Virus genome (UHGV): UHGV-1287413
Source: a virus
Direction: 5' to 3' (one strand)
Length of the DNA: 59,630 bases
The notes under the pieces were generated by a model. That model saw only the letters and a program-made list of their open reading frames with translations, was not told the DNA's origin and ran no database searches. Position numbers and translations under genes: made by a program. This document shows, piece after piece, positions 55,944-59,630 of the stretch (positions are counted from its first letter, which is position 1; each line of letters starts with the position of its first letter).

Positions 55944-56322
55944 AGGTTACGTGAAGGATGAGGTCAAGAAGATTCTTGACGCAGCGAAGATCAAATACTC
56001 CATGAAGACTACGATGGGGTATGGCAAGTCAGGCTGGCCAGACTTCGACACGGTGTTCCGTGGTATCTACCTGACCATCGAAGCAAAGTATGACACTGAC
56101 GAGAAGGGGCCGACTGCATTGCAGCGTGACGCGATGAAAGAGATTCGCGAATCGGGCGGCATCACCCTGGTCCTGGACATTAAGAACTACCACTTGCTGG
56201 AGCAGCTCATCGCTGATACAGACAAGATGCTTGCGGCCACCGGATACATCACGCCGCTGATGGTTCGCGTAGGTGCGCAGGCGCTGGGCATTTACTACAC
56301 CGGGGAAGTCTATGGTAACTAA
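55927..56322 (+). CDS. VRR-NUC domain nuclease
   Basis: GWPDFDTVFRGIYLTIEAKYD (PD-x-EAK); sits immediately upstream of the SNF2 helicase, as is typical. Confidence 0.65.
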   Translation: MAKTPEGYVKDEVKKILDAAKIKYSMKTTMGYGKSGWPDFDTVFRGIYLTIEAKYDTDEKGPTALQRDAMKEIRESGGITLVLDIKNYHLLEQLIADTDKMLAATGYITPLMVRVGAQALGIYYTGEVYGN

Positions 56323-58036
56323 CGACTGGACGCGTCTGAAGGAGGGCGCGTACCTTTCGCCCAACAAGAAGATGCTGGTGCTGAAGGTACGGGAAGCGCT
56401 GCGTTTCCAGAACAGCTTTCCGCCATCGCATTGTCGTGTGGCTCCGTTCCAGGGTATGCACCTGGTCGGCATCCCATACGAGATGGACTCGCTACAGCTG
56501 CTGCGTAACCTGAACTGCAACACCCGTGGGCTGGAGATACTGCGCCACGCCTGCCAGCTACCACTGGTAGAGGGCGAGTTCCCACTGATGCCACACCAGA
56601 TAACCACGGCGGCGTTCCTGTCAGAAAATCGCCGTGGCTACTGCACGAACACCATGCGTACCGGGAAGACGGCCAGCGGTATCGTGGCCGCGAGATTCTT
56701 ACAGGAGCGTCGCCTCGTGACGGGATGCCTTTGCATCGCGACGAAGACGAACCTGCGCGGTGTGTGGGAGAAGGAAATCCTGGGGATGTACCCGAACGCT
56801 ACGGTGGTTGTGGTTCACCACAAAGACCCGCGCAAGCGCCGGGAGCTGCTGAAGCAGGACGCTGACTTTTATATCATCAACTACGATGGCATTAAGATCG
56901 TAAAGGATGAGCTGATTAAGTGCGTAGAGAGTGGCCGCATATCCATTGCTATTGCGGATGAGCTGACTCACTACGCTAACACCCGCAGCCAGCTGTGGGA
57001 CGCCGCCGACCAGGTACTGAACGGAACGCGCTGGGAGATTACCCCAGGCAAAACTATCAGGAACGGTAAGGGCGAGACAGTCAAGCTGAAGGACCGCCGT
57101 CGCCGTCTGAAGGATGGCAGGGCAGTCGAGTATGTGTGGGGGCTGACGGGTACGCCAGGCGACCCGGAGATGGTGTACGGCCAGATTAAACTGGTGACGC
57201 CACAGAACATGAGCATGTCGTTCACGGCATGGCGCGACTCCACCATGATTCAGTTCGGGTTCAAGTGGGTGCCACGCGAGGGATACAAGGACAAGATATT
57301 CCAGCACATGCAGCCGTGCATCCGCTTCGATAAGAAAGACATTATGACACTGCCGCCTGTCACGAACCGTGGCGCGGACGCGGACATGTCTACCGAACAG
57401 ACGAAGCTGTATAAGAAAATCCGTGAGGATATGGTAGCGCTTGCCACGAGCGGTGAGGAAATCAAAGCACCGACGAAGGCGGCACTGACCTTCAAACTGC
57501 TACAGATTGCCCAGGGTGTTGTGAAGGCCGAGGGCGACGCGGTGGTGGAGCTGGATGTGAAGTCACGTATCGACGGGCTGGTGGAGATTATCGAGTCGGC
57601 GACGCAAAAGGTGGTGGTGTTCTGTGCCTTCACCGCAGTCATCGACCTGGTGGAGAAGCACCTGAAGCAGCGTGGCTACACTGTTGGCGTTGTCGATGGC
57701 CGTGTGACCGGAGCGAAGCGCGACCAGATATTCAACGCGTTCCAGAACGAGAAAGACCCGCACGTAATATTATGCCATCCGAAGACTACCGCGTTCGGCG
57801 TCGAGCTGGCAGCGGCGGACACGATGGTGTTCTACGGGCCACCAATCTCTGGCGAGTTCGTGTACCAGCAGGCGGTGGAGCGTATGAGTTCGCTGAAGCA
57901 GAAGGCGGACAGCATTCAGATTGTCCACCAGTCAGCGTGTGCGGAGGAACGCAAGCTGTTCCGCAGCATCAAGCTGGGCGTCAGTATCAACGAGGCAATC
58001 AACGACATGTTTACGGTTGACCCAAATGAAGTGTAG
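56312..58036 (+). CDS. SNF2-family ATP-dependent helicase
   Basis: Motif I NTMRTGKT, motif II IADELTHY (DEXH), C-terminal helicase domain. Confidence 0.85.
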   Translation: MVTNDWTRLKEGAYLSPNKKMLVLKVREALRFQNSFPPSHCRVAPFQGMHLVGIPYEMDSLQLLRNLNCNTRGLEILRHACQLPLVEGEFPLMPHQITTAAFLSENRRGYCTNTMRTGKTASGIVAARFLQERRLVTGCLCIATKTNLRGVWEKEILGMYPNATVVVVHHKDPRKRRELLKQDADFYIINYDGIKIVKDELIKCVESGRISIAIADELTHYANTRSQLWDAADQVLNGTRWEITPGKTIRNGKGETVKLKDRRRRLKDGRAVEYVWGLTGTPGDPEMVYGQIKLVTPQNMSMSFTAWRDSTMIQFGFKWVPREGYKDKIFQHMQPCIRFDKKDIMTLPPVTNRGADADMSTEQTKLYKKIREDMVALATSGEEIKAPTKAALTFKLLQIAQGVVKAEGDAVVELDVKSRIDGLVEIIESATQKVVVFCAFTAVIDLVEKHLKQRGYTVGVVDGRVTGAKRDQIFNAFQNEKDPHVILCHPKTTAFGVELAAADTMVFYGPPISGEFVYQQAVERMSSLKQKADSIQIVHQSACAEERKLFRSIKLGVSINEAINDMFTVDPNEV

Positions 58037-58089
58037 ACAAGTATTGTATATAGGTGTACATTCTCATTCGTGGACAACGGGAGGTAACG

Positions 58090-58500
58090 ATGGAACTTAA
58101 CGAGCTGGCGGAAAAATTCTCTGCTCTGCGTGCGAAACGCAAAGAGCGTGAGAAGGTCATCGACCAGATGAAAGAGCTGGAAGAAAAAATGATGGGGATG
58201 ATCATCAATGCGATGAGCGTCCAGGGCATGAAGACTATCAACTTCGAAGGAGTTGGACGATTTGAAACGGGTTCGCGTGACCACGTAGAAATCCGGGACA
58301 AGGAAAAGCTGGCGAGATTCGTTGTCATGCAGGCAGCGTCAGCACTGAAGAACGGTGGTCCGGTATCGGATGCTACCGCTGTGTTCCAGCAGCGTGCAGC
58401 ACTCGGCACCATCACTAGTTTGATTGAGCAAGGCTACGACCCCGCTAACATGGGCGTCGAAGTCGTAGAGAAACCAACACTGAAATTCACTAAAGCGTAA
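58090..58500 (+). CDS. 137-aa protein, hypothetical
   Basis: RBS gggaggtaacgATGG; the track begins upstream at 58054. Confidence 0.45.
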   Translation: MELNELAEKFSALRAKRKEREKVIDQMKELEEKMMGMIINAMSVQGMKTINFEGVGRFETGSRDHVEIRDKEKLARFVVMQAASALKNGGPVSDATAVFQQRAALGTITSLIEQGYDPANMGVEVVEKPTLKFTKA

Positions 58501-58510
58501 GAGGACCATT

Positions 58511-59630
58511 ATGACTACTAACGCACTCGCAACCCTGCCGAACTTTGCACAGAACCTGATGCCGACGCTGCCCGCAGAGATGCGTGATATCCTGCTGGCT
58601 AACTTTGCCCCGGCGATGGATACCTTCGGCGGTGGCTTTAACCGCGTCAGCCTGAAGGGCAACCGTATCCGCCTCATCGTAGGTGGCCAGGAGGTTCGCC
58701 AGGAACCTAACGCTCTGGACTTCGTTATCCTGGGCATCTCCACTGACCAGTATTGTGTCTGGTATCAGAACAAGTACAACGGCGAAGAAGGCGTTGAGCC
58801 GGATGCTATCTGGGCGATGGGCGAACAGCCACCAGCGAACGTCCCGGCGTCCGTGATGGTGAAAGATGCTGATGGCCGCAACCAGTTCAGCGTTCGTCGC
58901 CGTATCGTTATCGCCGCCGTGGCAGCAGACCAGAACGGCCAGCCGTTCGTTGACCTGGAGAACCCGTTCGTGTTCGACATGGGTGGTATGACTACCTTCG
59001 GTGACGATATCAACATCGGCAACTTCGCGTTCGGCAAGGCGTACAGCTTCAGCAACTACATGGGCCTGATGAAGACCCACGGAATGATCCCTGCCGCCTG
59101 CATGACGAAGATGATGTTCGACCAGAGCCAGTCTGTTCCGGTTATCCGCTTCGTTCCTATCGTGAACGCGCAGGGCCAGATTCAGGTGCTGGACCCGAAC
59201 ACTCTGGCGCGTGTGGTAGAAACCATCAAAGACCCGAAAATCGCGGAGCTGCTTGACTGGCGTCGTGGTGCACCAGCGGCGGCACCTGCCACTGAAGCAG
59301 CGCAGGCTCCTATCCAGCAGGCCGCGCAGCAGGTTGTTCAGCAGCCAGTACAGCAGCAGGCTCCGGTACAGCAGCAGGCTCCAGTACAGCAGCAGGCTCC
59401 GGTGCAGCAGCAGCAGGCTCCGGTGCAGCAGCAGCAGCAGCAGGCTCCGGTGCAGCAGCCTGTGCAGCAGACCGTAGCCCAGCAGCCAGTCCAGCAGACT
59501 GTCCGCCAGGAAGTGGCTGGTGACCTGAACAACCTGGCGAACGAGATGACCCAGGCTGTCCAGCAGGCGCAGGCTCCGGTGCAGCAGCCAGTACAGCAGC
59601 AGCCAGTACAGCAGCAGGCTCCGGTGCAGG
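58511..59630 (+). CDS. ssDNA-binding-protein-like gene (partial in this window; continues at 1-119): globular N-terminal domain, (QQQAPV)n linker, acidic tail
   Basis: No stop codon before the window end; at least 12 tandem QQ(Q)APV codon repeats from 59330; the frame continues into bases 1-119, ending DDGAFA*. Confidence 0.55.
   Translation, partial: MTTNALATLPNFAQNLMPTLPAEMRDILLANFAPAMDTFGGGFNRVSLKGNRIRLIVGGQEVRQEPNALDFVILGISTDQYCVWYQNKYNGEEGVEPDAIWAMGEQPPANVPASVMVKDADGRNQFSVRRRIVIAAVAADQNGQPFVDLENPFVFDMGGMTTFGDDINIGNFAFGKAYSFSNYMGLMKTHGMIPAACMTKMMFDQSQSVPVIRFVPIVNAQGQIQVLDPNTLARVVETIKDPKIAELLDWRRGAPAAAPATEAAQAPIQQAAQQVVQQPVQQQAPVQQQAPVQQQAPVQQQQAPVQQQQQQAPVQQPVQQTVAQQPVQQTVRQEVAGDLNNLANEMTQAVQQAQAPVQQPVQQQPVQQQAPVQ

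Noticed and set aside
1-59630. Direct terminal repeat or cos ends suggested by similar sequence at both window ends
   Set aside because: The similarity is the intragenic QQQAPV codon repeat of one gene whose frame continues across the junction. It shows a circular or permuted assembly, not a terminal repeat. Packaging termini cannot be inferred from the sequence alone.

Overview
This window reads as one complete tailed-phage genome of 59,630 bp, most likely a virulent phage of an enterobacterial-type host. A + strand gene that begins at 58511 runs off the 3' end and continues in frame at bases 1-119, so the sequence is circular or circularly permuted. No integrase, tRNA, CRISPR array or transposon was found. 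The XRE-type 48402-48620 is the only recognisable transcription regulator.

The genome has two divergent arms. Both leave a roughly 1.9 kb non-coding control region at 37.5-39.36 kb, which contains sigma70-like promoters facing both ways, two families of short repeats, an AT-rich island and a palindromic hairpin.

- The + arm runs from 39.36 kb through the junction to 3.55 kb. It carries about 30 small early genes. These include a strongly acidic protein, small zinc-ribbon proteins, an XRE helix-turn-helix protein, a small lipoprotein and a P-loop mini-kinase.
- The same arm then carries a replication and recombination module: ParB-like nuclease, DHH phosphoesterase, family A DNA polymerase, Cas4-like nuclease, VRR-NUC nuclease, SNF2 helicase, an SSB-like protein with QQQAPV tandem repeats, and a primase-polymerase fused to a D5-type helicase.
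- The minus arm runs from 37.5 kb down to 3.5 kb. It carries three receptor-binding proteins that share an N-terminal anchor, the small and large terminase subunits, portal, several repeat-containing proteins, scaffold and major capsid protein.
- It continues with a block of virion proteins, a lambda R-like lytic transglycosylase and a giant protein of about 2,460 aa with an L,D-transpeptidase-like motif. It ends with a lysis cassette of holin, SAR endolysin and embedded Rz/Rz1 spanins.

The two arms converge, and the primase and Rz genes overlap by 53 nt. An AT-rich palindrome, TAATATTA, is heavily over-represented and often overlaps start codons.

The ORF track uses alternative start codons in places. 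I moved several starts to the nearest ATG that has a Shine-Dalgarno sequence.
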